A stretch of DNA of 64,000 nucleotides from an uncultured Dehalococcoidia bacterium (GTDB lineage: Bacteria; Chloroflexota; Dehalococcoidia; SZUA-161). Positions 49,555-58,866 of the stretch are shown in pieces. Positions within the stretch are counted from its first letter, which is position 1. The number at the start of each line of letters is the position of its first letter. The translations under genes and the position numbers were made by a program. The notes under the pieces were generated by a model. The model worked only from the letters and a program-made list of their open reading frames with translations. It had not been told where the DNA came from and searched no databases. The stretch spans positions 64,930 through 128,929 of the forward strand of contig CAZNOI010000004.1 in NCBI GenBank assembly GCA_964574685.1. The letters run 5' to 3'.

Positions 49555-51063
49555 CTAGGCGCAGCGGAAGTCCTTGAAGTACTCGTCCTCGGTCTTGCCG
49601 GTTATGCCCTCGAAGTGCCTGTCTTCCTTGATCCCTACTATGGTCTCGGCTATTTCCTTCTTCTTGTCGAGGGCGGCGCGCCGGCCGATCATCATCTTCT
49701 GAGCCTGGGGCGACCCCGCTCCGTGGAGGGCCTCGGGGAGGCCGGCTCCCACGGCCATGTTCTCAATGAGTCGCACCATGTGTATCCTGTCTCGCGTCGC
49801 GCTGCCTTCTTTGCCGCAGAAGTACTTCTCGATGTATGGGCCGACTTCCGGGTTCATGCAGTCTTTCTCCGACGGCAGAGTAATGAGCAGGCCCCCGGCG
49901 ATGTCTTGAGCCAGACGCATCCACTCATAGGTGTTTCGGGTAATGTTCAGCTTGACGACGTTCGCCAGAAGGGGGCTGATCGTATAGGCTCCGGAATTCG
50001 TCTTGGTACCCTCGTAAGAGCACGCCAGCGAGCATGACCAGCAGGTCTCAGCCATGCCGACCATCTCGGCCAGCAGGTCGCGTATGTAGGGGGCCTTCTC
50101 AATGCCGTTGTTCTCGGCTACCCAGTAAGCGGCCCCCGTCACGACGTCGGCAAGGCCGACCTTGCATCCACCGTAGTTGCTGCGGTGGAAGCCCGCAAAG
50201 GTCTCTACGAGTTGGCCGGTGAAATCGTACTCGCCACACATGAACACCCGGTCCCAGGGCACGAAGACGTTGTCGAATATGATCAATGTCTCCCCGCCGA
50301 CTATACCGTACTTCGCATTCCCGCAGTCGATCTCGCCGTCAAGCCGACGGGTATCGTTCGTCTGGCGGCCGAACACAAGGGTGACGCCCTCGGCATCTAC
50401 CGGGACGGCGAAGCATACGGAGTAGTCCTTGTCCTCTTCGCCCATTGTTCTCGTCGGCATTGCCAGTATCTCGTGCGAATTCACAGTCCCGGTGATATGG
50501 GCCTTGGCGCCCCGCACAACGATCCCGTCGTCTCTTCGCTCCACTACGTGAACGTATACGTCGGGGTCCGGCTGCTGGTGGGGCCGCAGGCTGCGGTCTC
50601 CCTTGGGGTCCGACATGGCGCCTGCCAGCATGAGATCGTTGTCCTGTACGTACTTCAGGTAGTTCTTGAAGCGCTGGTGATAGTCCGTGCCGTGCTTCTT
50701 GTCCATGTCATAGGTGGTGATGTAGACGGCGTTTAGCCCGTCCAGTCCCACACATCGTTGGAAGCACGTGCCTGTCTTCTGGCCGAGCAGCCTCATCATC
50801 CTGACCTTGTTCACCAGGTCGTCGATGCTGTGATGTATGTGGGTGAACCTGTTCACCTTCTCTCCGGTGAGGCTCGAAGTAGCAGTCATGGTCTCGGTGT
50901 GCTCAGGGTCGTTTGCCAGCTCGTAGGTCATGGCCGCCGCGTTGATATGCGGCTGGAACAGGGGATAGTCGACAACGTTCTCCACCAGTTCACCGAAGGC
51001 GTAGACCTTCGGGTGGAGCTTTCGGAGACTCTCAATGTACTCTTTGCCCGAGTTGATTCCCAT
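49555..51063 (-). CDS. 4-hydroxybutyryl-CoA dehydratase / vinylacetyl-CoA delta-isomerase (AbfD-type, HpaB fold)
   Basis: 502 aa. Cys100/Cys104 (CFQRC) and His293/Cys300 (HRSNYGGC) align with the C99/C103/H292/C299 [4Fe-4S] ligands of characterised AbfD. Confidence 0.8.
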   Translation of the reverse strand: MGINSGKEYIESLRKLHPKVYAFGELVENVVDYPLFQPHINAAAMTYELANDPEHTETMTATSSLTGEKVNRFTHIHHSIDDLVNKVRMMRLLGQKTGTCFQRCVGLDGLNAVYITTYDMDKKHGTDYHQRFKNYLKYVQDNDLMLAGAMSDPKGDRSLRPHQQPDPDVYVHVVERRDDGIVVRGAKAHITGTVNSHEILAMPTRTMGEEDKDYSVCFAVPVDAEGVTLVFGRQTNDTRRLDGEIDCGNAKYGIVGGETLIIFDNVFVPWDRVFMCGEYDFTGQLVETFAGFHRSNYGGCKVGLADVVTGAAYWVAENNGIEKAPYIRDLLAEMVGMAETCWSCSLACSYEGTKTNSGAYTISPLLANVVKLNITRNTYEWMRLAQDIAGGLLITLPSEKDCMNPEVGPYIEKYFCGKEGSATRDRIHMVRLIENMAVGAGLPEALHGAGSPQAQKMMIGRRAALDKKKEIAETIVGIKEDRHFEGITGKTEDEYFKDFRCA

Positions 51064-51128
51064 TCCGTCTTCCTGCCTTTCCAGCTCCCCCGCCGATTTC
51101 CGTTTGGCCCCAAGCCCTTACACGGGGC

Positions 51129-51989
51129 CTACTTCTTAGTATAGTCGTAGAAGCCCTTTCCTGTCTTGCGCCCCAGATGCCCGGCTCTTACCATCTGCCG
51201 CAGAAGCAGGGCGGGCCGATACTTGGGATCCCCATATTCCTCGTAGAGGTGCTCCATGCAGTAGAGGAGCGTATCCAGCCCCACGAAGTCGGCAAGCTCG
51301 AGTGGCCCCATCGGATGGTTCATGCCCAGTCTCATGCCCTTGTCGATATCCTCTGCGCTTGCGATGCCCTCAGCGAAGGCGCATATCGCCTCGTTCTGAA
51401 GCACCCCTATAAGTCTCGTCGTAGCGAACCCGGGGGTGTCATCAACCACGATAGCTTCTTTCGCCATTTTGGAGGAAACGGACCGGATCACATCGATCGT
51501 ATCCTGTGATGTACTGTAGCCACGCACGATCTCAACCAGAGGCATCATCGGCACGGGATTGAAGAAATGCATGCCTGCGAACCTGTCCGGACGACTCGTG
51601 CACGAGGCCATCTGCGTGATGCTGAGCCCGGAGGTGTTAGAAGCGAAAATCACGCTCTCCGGGCAGACTTTGTCGATTGCCTCGTAGGTCTGCTTCTTGA
51701 GATCGAAACTCTCCGGTATCGCTTCGATCACCAGGTCTACGTCCTTGACAGCCTCGGCCAGGTCTGTCGTCGCCTTGATCCTGGCGACCGCAGCATCGGC
51801 ATCAGCCTGGCCCATCTTTTCCTTCTTGACGAAACGCGCCAGGCTCTGCTTGATGGTGTCCATGCCCTTCTCGACGAACTTGTCCTCAATGTCGCGCATT
51901 CGCACTTCCAGGCCTACCTGTCCGGCGACCTGCGCGATTCCCGCCCCCATGATGCCGGCCCCGAGGACCCCGACTCGCTTCACCTCCAT
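51129..51989 (-). CDS. hbd: 3-hydroxybutyryl-CoA dehydrogenase
   Basis: NAD Rossmann motif [14 protein letters not shown] and a 3-hydroxyacyl-CoA dehydrogenase C-domain. Confidence 0.9.
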   Translation of the reverse strand: MEVKRVGVLGAGIMGAGIAQVAGQVGLEVRMRDIEDKFVEKGMDTIKQSLARFVKKEKMGQADADAAVARIKATTDLAEAVKDVDLVIEAIPESFDLKKQTYEAIDKVCPESVIFASNTSGLSITQMASCTSRPDRFAGMHFFNPVPMMPLVEIVRGYSTSQDTIDVIRSVSSKMAKEAIVVDDTPGFATTRLIGVLQNEAICAFAEGIASAEDIDKGMRLGMNHPMGPLELADFVGLDTLLYCMEHLYEEYGDPKYRPALLLRQMVRAGHLGRKTGKGFYDYTKK

Positions 51990-52031
51990 GCTACAAGGAC
52001 CTCCTCGAATATGAATTCCACGAATACCGCA

Positions 52032-52784
52032 TCAGACGGCCATCCAGCCGCCATCGACGAATATCGTCTGACCGGTAATGAAGTTCGAGTCGCTTGAAGC
52101 GAGGAAGACCGCTGCACCGACTATCTCCTCCGGCTGTGCGAACCTCTTCATCGGGTTCATGTTCTTCAGGCTCTCGTAGATTCGCTCGTTGTCGCGTAGT
52201 CCGGTGGTGAACTCCGTCTCGACGTAAGACGGGCCGATGCCGTTCACCTGGATATTGTGTTCGGCCCACTCGGCAGCCAGCACCTTCGTGACCAGAACGA
52301 TACCCCCCTTGCTGGCACAGTAGGCGACCAGTCTGGGCAGGGCCACTTCACCGCCGACGGAGGTCATGTTGATGATCTTGCCGCTCTTCTGCTGGATCAT
52401 GACTCGTCCGGCAGCCTGGCAGCACAGAAAGGTCCCGGTGAGGTTCGTCCGCATGATCTGGTCCCACGTCTCCAGCGGCGTGTCCTCGGCCCTCTTGTAG
52501 ATCGGACTGATGCCCGCGTTGTTGACGAGTATGTCGATGCGCCCGAATCGCGCAACCACTTCGTCGAACACCTGGGCTATGCTGTCACCATCAGCGACAT
52601 CGAGCCGCATTGCCAGTGCCTTCTTGCCCTGGTTGGTCAGTTCCTCGGCAAGGGCATTCGCGAGGTCGACCGACCGTCCGCATACCACGACGGTTGCCCC
52701 CTCGTTCGCGTAACCTTCGGCGATGGCTCTCCCGATCCCTTTTGTGGAACCGGTAACGACGGCTATCTTGTCCTTGAGTCTCAC
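52032..52784 (-). CDS. Short-chain dehydrogenase/reductase (FabG-like 3-oxoacyl reductase)
   Basis: TGSTKGIGRA coenzyme-binding motif, NNAG and the YxxxK catalytic motif. Confidence 0.85.
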   Translation of the reverse strand: MRLKDKIAVVTGSTKGIGRAIAEGYANEGATVVVCGRSVDLANALAEELTNQGKKALAMRLDVADGDSIAQVFDEVVARFGRIDILVNNAGISPIYKRAEDTPLETWDQIMRTNLTGTFLCCQAAGRVMIQQKSGKIINMTSVGGEVALPRLVAYCASKGGIVLVTKVLAAEWAEHNIQVNGIGPSYVETEFTTGLRDNERIYESLKNMNPMKRFAQPEEIVGAAVFLASSDSNFITGQTIFVDGGWMAV

Positions 52785-52898
52785 TGGCGGCCCCCTCCCA
52801 GTGTGGAGCGTTCCTCTATGAGTGGCAGATGGAGAACAAGTTGCATTCGTGTGGCTAGTCAGTAGCAGGCAGTACGTTCAGTCGCTGTCGCTCGGAAC

Positions 52899-52974
<76 letters not shown>

Positions 52975-53068
52975 TCGCGGTGTATCTTACTACATCGGAG
53001 TTGACCAATCAACACGCAGCGGCAGTCAGTACGCGCACGCAACCGCAATACCCTGCTGTTCCCTAATG

Positions 53069-53098
53069 TTGACACTCCAGACTGGCCTACGATATACT
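53069..53098 (+). promoter_or_regulatory. Promoter TTGACA-N18-TATACT for the 2-hydroxyacid dehydrogenase-POR-ligase-dehydratase-ACAD operon
   Basis: Consensus -35 and a strong -10, ~160 nt upstream of the ATG at 53256. Confidence 0.5.
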
Positions 53099-53131
53099 AT
53101 CCTGCGAGAATGACCAGCTCATGCGGCCATA

Positions 53132-53173
53132 AATGCGGGTAGGCTTCGTCCAAAACAGGACGCTACCCGCATT
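53132..53173. promoter_or_regulatory. Perfect 11-bp inverted repeat AATGCGGGTAG-N20-CTACCCGCATT in the leader of the 53-64 kb operon
   Basis: Read directly from the sequence, lying between the predicted promoter and the start codon. Confidence 0.55.
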
Positions 53174-53255
53174 CTGATGTCCGAAGGCTATCCGCAAGGC
53201 GCTGACACCACGGGAACCCGATTTCCGCCCAGGCGTCCGCATGGAAGGGGGTGTC

Positions 53256-54242
53256 ATGGAAAAGCGAGATCACTACCGGATACTCATCACGGACCCGCTG
53301 GTGAACCGGATGGTGGAGGAGGCGAAGCAGAAGTTCCCAGAGGAAAGCAAGAAGGTGGAGTTTCTGCTGGTGGACAAAGGAGACGAGCAGGAGCTGGCAG
53401 GGAAGGTTACCGGAGTTGACATCCTTGTGGGGGCCAGGAATCGGATGTCCCGCGCCGTACTGGAGAAAGCCGACCGGGCAATCTTCATCCAGCAGTGCAG
53501 CGCAGGCTATGATAACATAGATATGAAGGCAGCGACCGAGAAGGGCATCAAGGTGTCCAATGCCGGCGGTGCGGGTGTCATACCGGTTGCCGAGCATACC
53601 ATCATGTTGATGCTGGCTGTCTCGAAGAACCTGCCCAGAGCGCACAACACTATGAAGCAGGGCGAGTGGATATTCGGGGAGTGTGTGGGCAAGGTCTATG
53701 AACTGCGTGACAAAACACTGGGCGTGGTGGGACTCGGCAAGATAGGCGCACAGGTGGCGCGCCTCGCGCATGCCTTCGGCATGAAGCTGCAGTACTTTGA
53801 CCCCTATCGGAAGGAAACCAGCGATCTGGAGTTCCCGATAGCCAGTGTATCGCTGGACGAGCTGCTGAAGACCTCGGACTACGTCACCATACACTCGCTT
53901 CTCACTCCCGAGACCAGGGGCATGATCGGAAGGAAGCAACTCGAGATGATGAAGGAGACCGCATACCTCATCAACACGTCGAGGGGCGCGGTAGTGGACG
54001 AGGAAGCTCTGGCCGAGATACTGGCGGCAGGGAAGATAAGGGGCGCCGGGCTGGATGTGTTCGGCGACCATGGAGACCCGCCGGACAAGTCAAGCGGGCT
54101 GCTCAAGTTGGACAACGTGGTACTGACACCCCACGTAGGTGGTGTGACCGCAGAGGACATCTACCGCAACTTCTACGTGACGTCCCTGGGAAACATAATG
54201 TCCGTTGTCAGGGGCGAAGAACCCAAGTACGTTTTGAACTGA
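53256..54242 (+). CDS. D-isomer-specific 2-hydroxyacid dehydrogenase (NAD-dependent; PGDH/HicDH/FldH-like)
   Basis: NAD motif VGLGKIGAQVARLA and the catalytic R...E...H triad region (LTPHVGG). ATG at 53256 preceded by GGAAGGGGG. Confidence 0.85.
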   Translation: MEKRDHYRILITDPLVNRMVEEAKQKFPEESKKVEFLLVDKGDEQELAGKVTGVDILVGARNRMSRAVLEKADRAIFIQQCSAGYDNIDMKAATEKGIKVSNAGGAGVIPVAEHTIMLMLAVSKNLPRAHNTMKQGEWIFGECVGKVYELRDKTLGVVGLGKIGAQVARLAHAFGMKLQYFDPYRKETSDLEFPIASVSLDELLKTSDYVTIHSLLTPETRGMIGRKQLEMMKETAYLINTSRGAVVDEEALAEILAAGKIRGAGLDVFGDHGDPPDKSSGLLKLDNVVLTPHVGGVTAEDIYRNFYVTSLGNIMSVVRGEEPKYVLN

Positions 54243-54304
54243 GGACTCGGGACCGGCCCGACGGGTCAGTGTCTACTACCGCTTTGATGTAAGGTGCTTG
54301 GACT

Positions 54305-54844
54305 ATGGTCAAGATAAGGGTACACGGCAGAGGAGGGGAGGGCGCTGTCACCTTTGCCCACATTTTGGCAGCGTCGGCCACCTATGACGGAAAGTGGGGC
54401 CAGTCCTGCATGGGGGCGGCGGTCGAGAGGCGGGGGGCGCCGGTGGAGGCATATGCAAGGATTGACGGCCGCAGGGTCGCGGAACGCGGGACCATTACCA
54501 GGCCCGACATCGTCGTGGTGCTGAATCCATCTCTGGCGGGCACGGTGAACCTTGAGGCCGGCATGAACGATAAGGGCGAGCTGGTGGTGAATTCGCCAAA
54601 GGGGCTGGACCTGAAGCACCCTGCCAGGTACGTTGACGCCACATCGATTGCCAGACAGATACTGAAAGTCCCCATCACCAATACGGTGATGCTGGGCGCA
54701 TTCGCGGCGGCAACCGGACTCGTCACTCTGGAATCGCTGGAGAAAGGCGCTCGGCTGTTGCTTGCGCCTCGCTTTAGTGAAGACAAGCTGCAGCGCAACT
54801 TCGAGGCGATCAGAGCGGGATACGAAGGAGTCAAGGGTGGCTAA
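54305..54844 (+). CDS. 2-oxoacid:ferredoxin oxidoreductase gamma subunit
   Basis: PorG-like sequence with the GRGGEGAVTFAHILA motif. Confidence 0.85.
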   Translation: MVKIRVHGRGGEGAVTFAHILAASATYDGKWGQSCMGAAVERRGAPVEAYARIDGRRVAERGTITRPDIVVVLNPSLAGTVNLEAGMNDKGELVVNSPKGLDLKHPARYVDATSIARQILKVPITNTVMLGAFAAATGLVTLESLEKGARLLLAPRFSEDKLQRNFEAIRAGYEGVKGG

Positions 54845-55133
54845 GACATATATCAGAGGCTCGGGTATCCACGCCGGTGGCACCATAGCGCTGGTCAACA
54901 AGACCGGGACCTGGCGCATCTACGATCCCGTCGTAGACCAGGAGAAGTGCATCGGCTGCAAGATATGCTCGCAGTTCTGTCCTGATGACTGCATCAGGAG
55001 GCTGGGGGTTGACAAGTCGGCTCCGGCGGGAACACCGCGCATCGAGATCGACATGGTTTACTGCAAGGGGTGCGGCATATGTGCCCAGGAGTGCCCCAAG
55101 GGCGCTATTCAGATGGTGTTGTGTGAGGCCTAA
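54837..55133 (+). CDS. 2-oxoacid:ferredoxin oxidoreductase delta subunit (2x[4Fe-4S] ferredoxin)
   Basis: CIGCKICSQFCP and CKGCGICAQECP clusters. The GTG start overlaps the porG stop, and GAAGGAG lies 7 nt upstream. Confidence 0.8.
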   Translation: MAKTYIRGSGIHAGGTIALVNKTGTWRIYDPVVDQEKCIGCKICSQFCPDDCIRRLGVDKSAPAGTPRIEIDMVYCKGCGICAQECPKGAIQMVLCEA

Positions 55134-55135
55134 CT

Positions 55136-57214
55136 ATGGACATGTTCCTTTCAGGTAACCAGTGTATTGCACAGGGCGCCAAGCTCTCCAAGGTTGAGGT
55201 GATAAGCGCCTATCCGATTACTCCTGCAACCCCGGCTTCGGAAGAACTCCACGACATGGTAGCAAGGGGGGAACTGGACGCCGATATAGTGAATGCCGAG
55301 TCAGAGCTGGGGGCAATGGGTATTTGCACCGGGGCTGCCGCCGGCGGGTGCCGTACCTTCAGTTGTACGTGTTCGCAGGGTTTCGCCCTCATGCGTGAGA
55401 TGCTGTGGGCTGCTTCGGGCATGGCTCTGCCGGTCGTGCTGGCGCTTGACAGTCGCGAGATCGGTCTGCCGCAGGGGCTGTTGAGCGACCACTCGGATGC
55501 TCTTTCGGAAAGGGATGCCAGCTTTCTGCAGTTCTACGTGGAGAACGGGCAGGAGATCATAGACTCGATCATTATGGCCTACAGAATCGCGGAGGACGAC
55601 AGGGTCCTGCTGCCCGCGCTGGTAGTGGCCGAGGGCCACCGGATGAGCCACAGCTTTGAGCCTGTGGAAGTGCCCGATCAGGCGAGGGTGGACAAGTTCC
55701 TGCCCAGATACAATCCGAAGCACGTCTTCATTGATCCCGACTATCCTCAGACCCAGGGCCCGGCCGTGATGGCGCAGTACCCCTGGATGAAGATGCAGCA
55801 GTACCAGGCGCAGCAAGAGGCGAAGAAGGTCATCAAGGAAGTCTGCGAGGAGTTCGCCAGGGAGTTCGGGCGTGAGTACGGACTGATCGAGGCCTACCGG
55901 ACCGAGGATGCGGAGATGGTCATGGTGGGAATGGGCAGCGCCGTCAGTATCATGCGCGAGAAGGTCGATGAGTACAGGGAGAAGGGACACAAGGTCGGTC
56001 TTCTCAAGATCCGGGCGTTCAGGCCGTTCCCGGAGGAGGAAGTCAGGAAGGCGCTGTCGGGAGCCAGGAAGGTCCTGGTGATTGAGCGGGCATGCTCGCC
56101 GGGCAACACCTACGGCGTAGCCTGCATAGAGGTTCGATGCGCCCTGCAGAAGTCCCCCACGACCATATCGAATGTCATCATCAGCGGCAAGGACATCGGT
56201 GGCGACGATATCGATGACATATTCGAACAGTGGCTGGCACGGGACGATGACTACGTTGAGTGGTACAAGATGGAGTATGACCAGCAGGCGGCGACCATGT
56301 GTGGCTATGACAACTGGGCCGGGCTGCTTGCTGGGGAGAAAGTGAACCGGGACGTCATAGCGCATGGCGAGGGATGTCTGAGCAAGGGAACGGCTTCCTG
56401 CGCAGGTTGCATAAGCCTCGGGGTCATCCGGGAGGCCTTAAGCGTCTTCGGCAAGGATGTCGCGGTTGTTGCGAACGCTGGCTGCCTGATGGCGGTAGGT
56501 ACGTTCTTCCCGCTGACAGCCTGGAAGGTCCCGTTCTTCTACTATACCTACAGTCACGCCGGTGCCGCGGCAAGCGGCATGGAAGTTGCGATGAAGAGGA
56601 AGGGCGTCAAGGCTGACCTCGTGCTGGTGGCTGGAGACGGCGCCATCTTCGACATCGGCCTCCAGACGTTCTCGGCGGCTCTTGAACGGGGTCATCGTAT
56701 CATATACCTCTGCTACGACAACCAGGGCTATATGAACACGGGAGTGCAGCGAAGCGGGTCCACGCCGCACGGCGCTCGGACCAAGACAACCCCCGAGGGT
56801 CGTACCGGGCGAATCAAAGATATCGAGCAGATAGTCGCGGCGCACGGAGATGTGTATATCGCGACAGCTTCGCCGGCCTATCCTGACGACCTGATCAAGA
56901 AGATGAAGAAGGCAAGGAGCCTGGACAAGCCGTCATTCATCCACGTGGTGTGCCCGTGCCCGCCGGGATGGGAATACGATCCGGCGATCGGTATTGAGAT
57001 CGCTCGGCTGGGGGTCGAAACGGGGGCTATCGTCCTGTATGAGTGGGAAGACGGGCAGGTCAAGCTGAGCCGGGTGCCGAAGGAAAGGAAGCCGGTGCGC
57101 GAGTACCTGGCGAAGCAGGGTCGCTTCGACCATCTGTCTGAGGCTGACTTGCAGTATATCCAGGAAGAGGTGGATCGGGAATTTGCCAGGCTGACTGCCG
57201 GAAATCCATCGTAG
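55136..57214 (+). CDS. 2-oxoacid:ferredoxin oxidoreductase, fused alpha-beta subunits
   Basis: 692 aa whose N-half is PorA-like and whose C-half is PorB-like, with the TPP-binding GDG (VLVAGDGAIFDIG) and the cluster cysteines CLSKGTASCAGC. Confidence 0.85.
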   Translation: MDMFLSGNQCIAQGAKLSKVEVISAYPITPATPASEELHDMVARGELDADIVNAESELGAMGICTGAAAGGCRTFSCTCSQGFALMREMLWAASGMALPVVLALDSREIGLPQGLLSDHSDALSERDASFLQFYVENGQEIIDSIIMAYRIAEDDRVLLPALVVAEGHRMSHSFEPVEVPDQARVDKFLPRYNPKHVFIDPDYPQTQGPAVMAQYPWMKMQQYQAQQEAKKVIKEVCEEFAREFGREYGLIEAYRTEDAEMVMVGMGSAVSIMREKVDEYREKGHKVGLLKIRAFRPFPEEEVRKALSGARKVLVIERACSPGNTYGVACIEVRCALQKSPTTISNVIISGKDIGGDDIDDIFEQWLARDDDYVEWYKMEYDQQAATMCGYDNWAGLLAGEKVNRDVIAHGEGCLSKGTASCAGCISLGVIREALSVFGKDVAVVANAGCLMAVGTFFPLTAWKVPFFYYTYSHAGAAASGMEVAMKRKGVKADLVLVAGDGAIFDIGLQTFSAALERGHRIIYLCYDNQGYMNTGVQRSGSTPHGARTKTTPEGRTGRIKDIEQIVAAHGDVYIATASPAYPDDLIKKMKKARSLDKPSFIHVVCPCPPGWEYDPAIGIEIARLGVETGAIVLYEWEDGQVKLSRVPKERKPVREYLAKQGRFDHLSEADLQYIQEEVDREFARLTAGNPS

Positions 57215-57223
57215 GGGGAGAGC

Positions 57224-58864
57224 ATGCTGGAACTTAAGCAGGGTGATACGCTGGCGAGTATCATCAACAGGATGGCAGAGCAGTTTCCGAATCAGGAGGC
57301 GGTGGTCTGCGGCGCGCAAAGGATCAAGTACAGCGACTACCAGGACAAGATCAACTCGATGGCTGACGCCCTTGTGAAGCTAGGCGTCAAGAAGGGCGAC
57401 AAGGTCGCGATATGGATGAGTAACATTCCCGAGTGGCTTTACGCCCACTTCGCATGCATCAAGATTGGTGCTCCGGTGGTGCCTCTGAATACGAGATACA
57501 GGACGCACGAACTCGAGTACATACTAAGGCAGTCTGACAGCACTACACTGGTCATGATGGACAGGTTCTTGAAGATTGACTTCATCCCTATGATCTACGA
57601 AGTCCTGCCGGAACTGAACGAATGCAAGCCGGGCGAACTGAAGTCGAAGGCACTGCCTCAACTCAAGCGCGTGATCATGGTTGGCGAGAAGGAGTATCCG
57701 GGCACCTTGCCCTTCAACCAGGTTCTCGAATCCGGTAGAGGCGATACTGATGCGGTCAAGAAGGCTGAGCAGGCAGTGAAGCCTGAAGATGTTTACATAA
57801 TACCCTTTACATCGGGTACCACTGGATTTCCAAAGGGAGTGGTGACTACGCACTACCAGTACGTGCGCACGATTGAGGCGTTCAGTCGCCGATTCGAGAT
57901 GACCGAGAAGGACCGCATACTCGTTGTGTCGCCCTTCAACCACAACATGGGGAACATGACCGGGATGACGCTCGGTGCCTGTCATGCGGCCTGCATTCTG
58001 CCGATGGAGCAGTTCGACCCGGGCGAGGCGCTGCGCCTGATCGAGGAGGAGAAGGTAACGAACTTCACCGGCTCCCCGACGATGTACATCATGATGATGG
58101 ACCATCCCGATTTCCCGAACCGTGACACCACCTCCATAAGGAGTTGCATCATAGGCGGCGCCGATGTCAATCCGGACCTTGTCAGGGCCATCATGGAGAA
58201 GATGGGAATCAAGGATGTCATCTCGGCGTATGGAATGACGGAGAACACGGGCATCAGCACGTATTCCCGTCCGGGCGACTCGGTCGATCGGATTGCTCAT
58301 ACCGCTGGCAAGCTGATCCACGACGACTGCGACATGAAGGTGCTCGACCCCGAGACGGGGGAGGAAGTACCGCGCGGCACGCAGGGCGAGATATGTACCA
58401 AGGGCTGGTTTGTGATGAAGGAGTACTACAAGCAGCCCGACGAGACTGCCAGGGCGTTCGACAAGAACGGCTGGTTCCGTACCGGAGACCTCGGCGTCAT
58501 GGACGAGGACGGCTATATCAAGATCACCGGTCGATTGAAGGACATGTTCATAACCGGCGGTGTGAACGCCTACCCGGCTGAGATCGAGAACTTCCTGATG
58601 ACCCATCCCAAGGTCGCGATGGCGTCCGTCACAGGGGTCCCCGACAGGCGCATGGGTGAGGTAGCGATGGCTTTCATAAAGCTGAAGGAGGGCCAGGAGG
58701 CTACTGCCGAGGAGATCATCCAGTTCTCCCGAGAGAAGATGGCGAACTACAAGGCACCCAAGTACGTCAAGTTCGTGGATGACTTCCCCATGACGGCGAC
58801 CGGCAAGATACAGAAGTTCGTGCTCAGAGATGAGGCGGTGAAGGAACTCGGACTAGAGCAGTAG
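57224..58864 (+). CDS. AMP-forming acyl-CoA synthetase (FadD/MenE-like ligase)
   Basis: AMP-binding motif FTSGTTGFPKGV and the C-terminal PKTATGKIQK lysine motif. Confidence 0.85.
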   Translation: MLELKQGDTLASIINRMAEQFPNQEAVVCGAQRIKYSDYQDKINSMADALVKLGVKKGDKVAIWMSNIPEWLYAHFACIKIGAPVVPLNTRYRTHELEYILRQSDSTTLVMMDRFLKIDFIPMIYEVLPELNECKPGELKSKALPQLKRVIMVGEKEYPGTLPFNQVLESGRGDTDAVKKAEQAVKPEDVYIIPFTSGTTGFPKGVVTTHYQYVRTIEAFSRRFEMTEKDRILVVSPFNHNMGNMTGMTLGACHAACILPMEQFDPGEALRLIEEEKVTNFTGSPTMYIMMMDHPDFPNRDTTSIRSCIIGGADVNPDLVRAIMEKMGIKDVISAYGMTENTGISTYSRPGDSVDRIAHTAGKLIHDDCDMKVLDPETGEEVPRGTQGEICTKGWFVMKEYYKQPDETARAFDKNGWFRTGDLGVMDEDGYIKITGRLKDMFITGGVNAYPAEIENFLMTHPKVAMASVTGVPDRRMGEVAMAFIKLKEGQEATAEEIIQFSREKMANYKAPKYVKFVDDFPMTATGKIQKFVLRDEAVKELGLEQ

Positions 58865-58866
58865 AC

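Noticed and set aside
53163-54071. 302-aa minus-strand ORF
   Set aside because: Antisense to the well-supported D-2-hydroxyacid dehydrogenase gene, with low-complexity composition.
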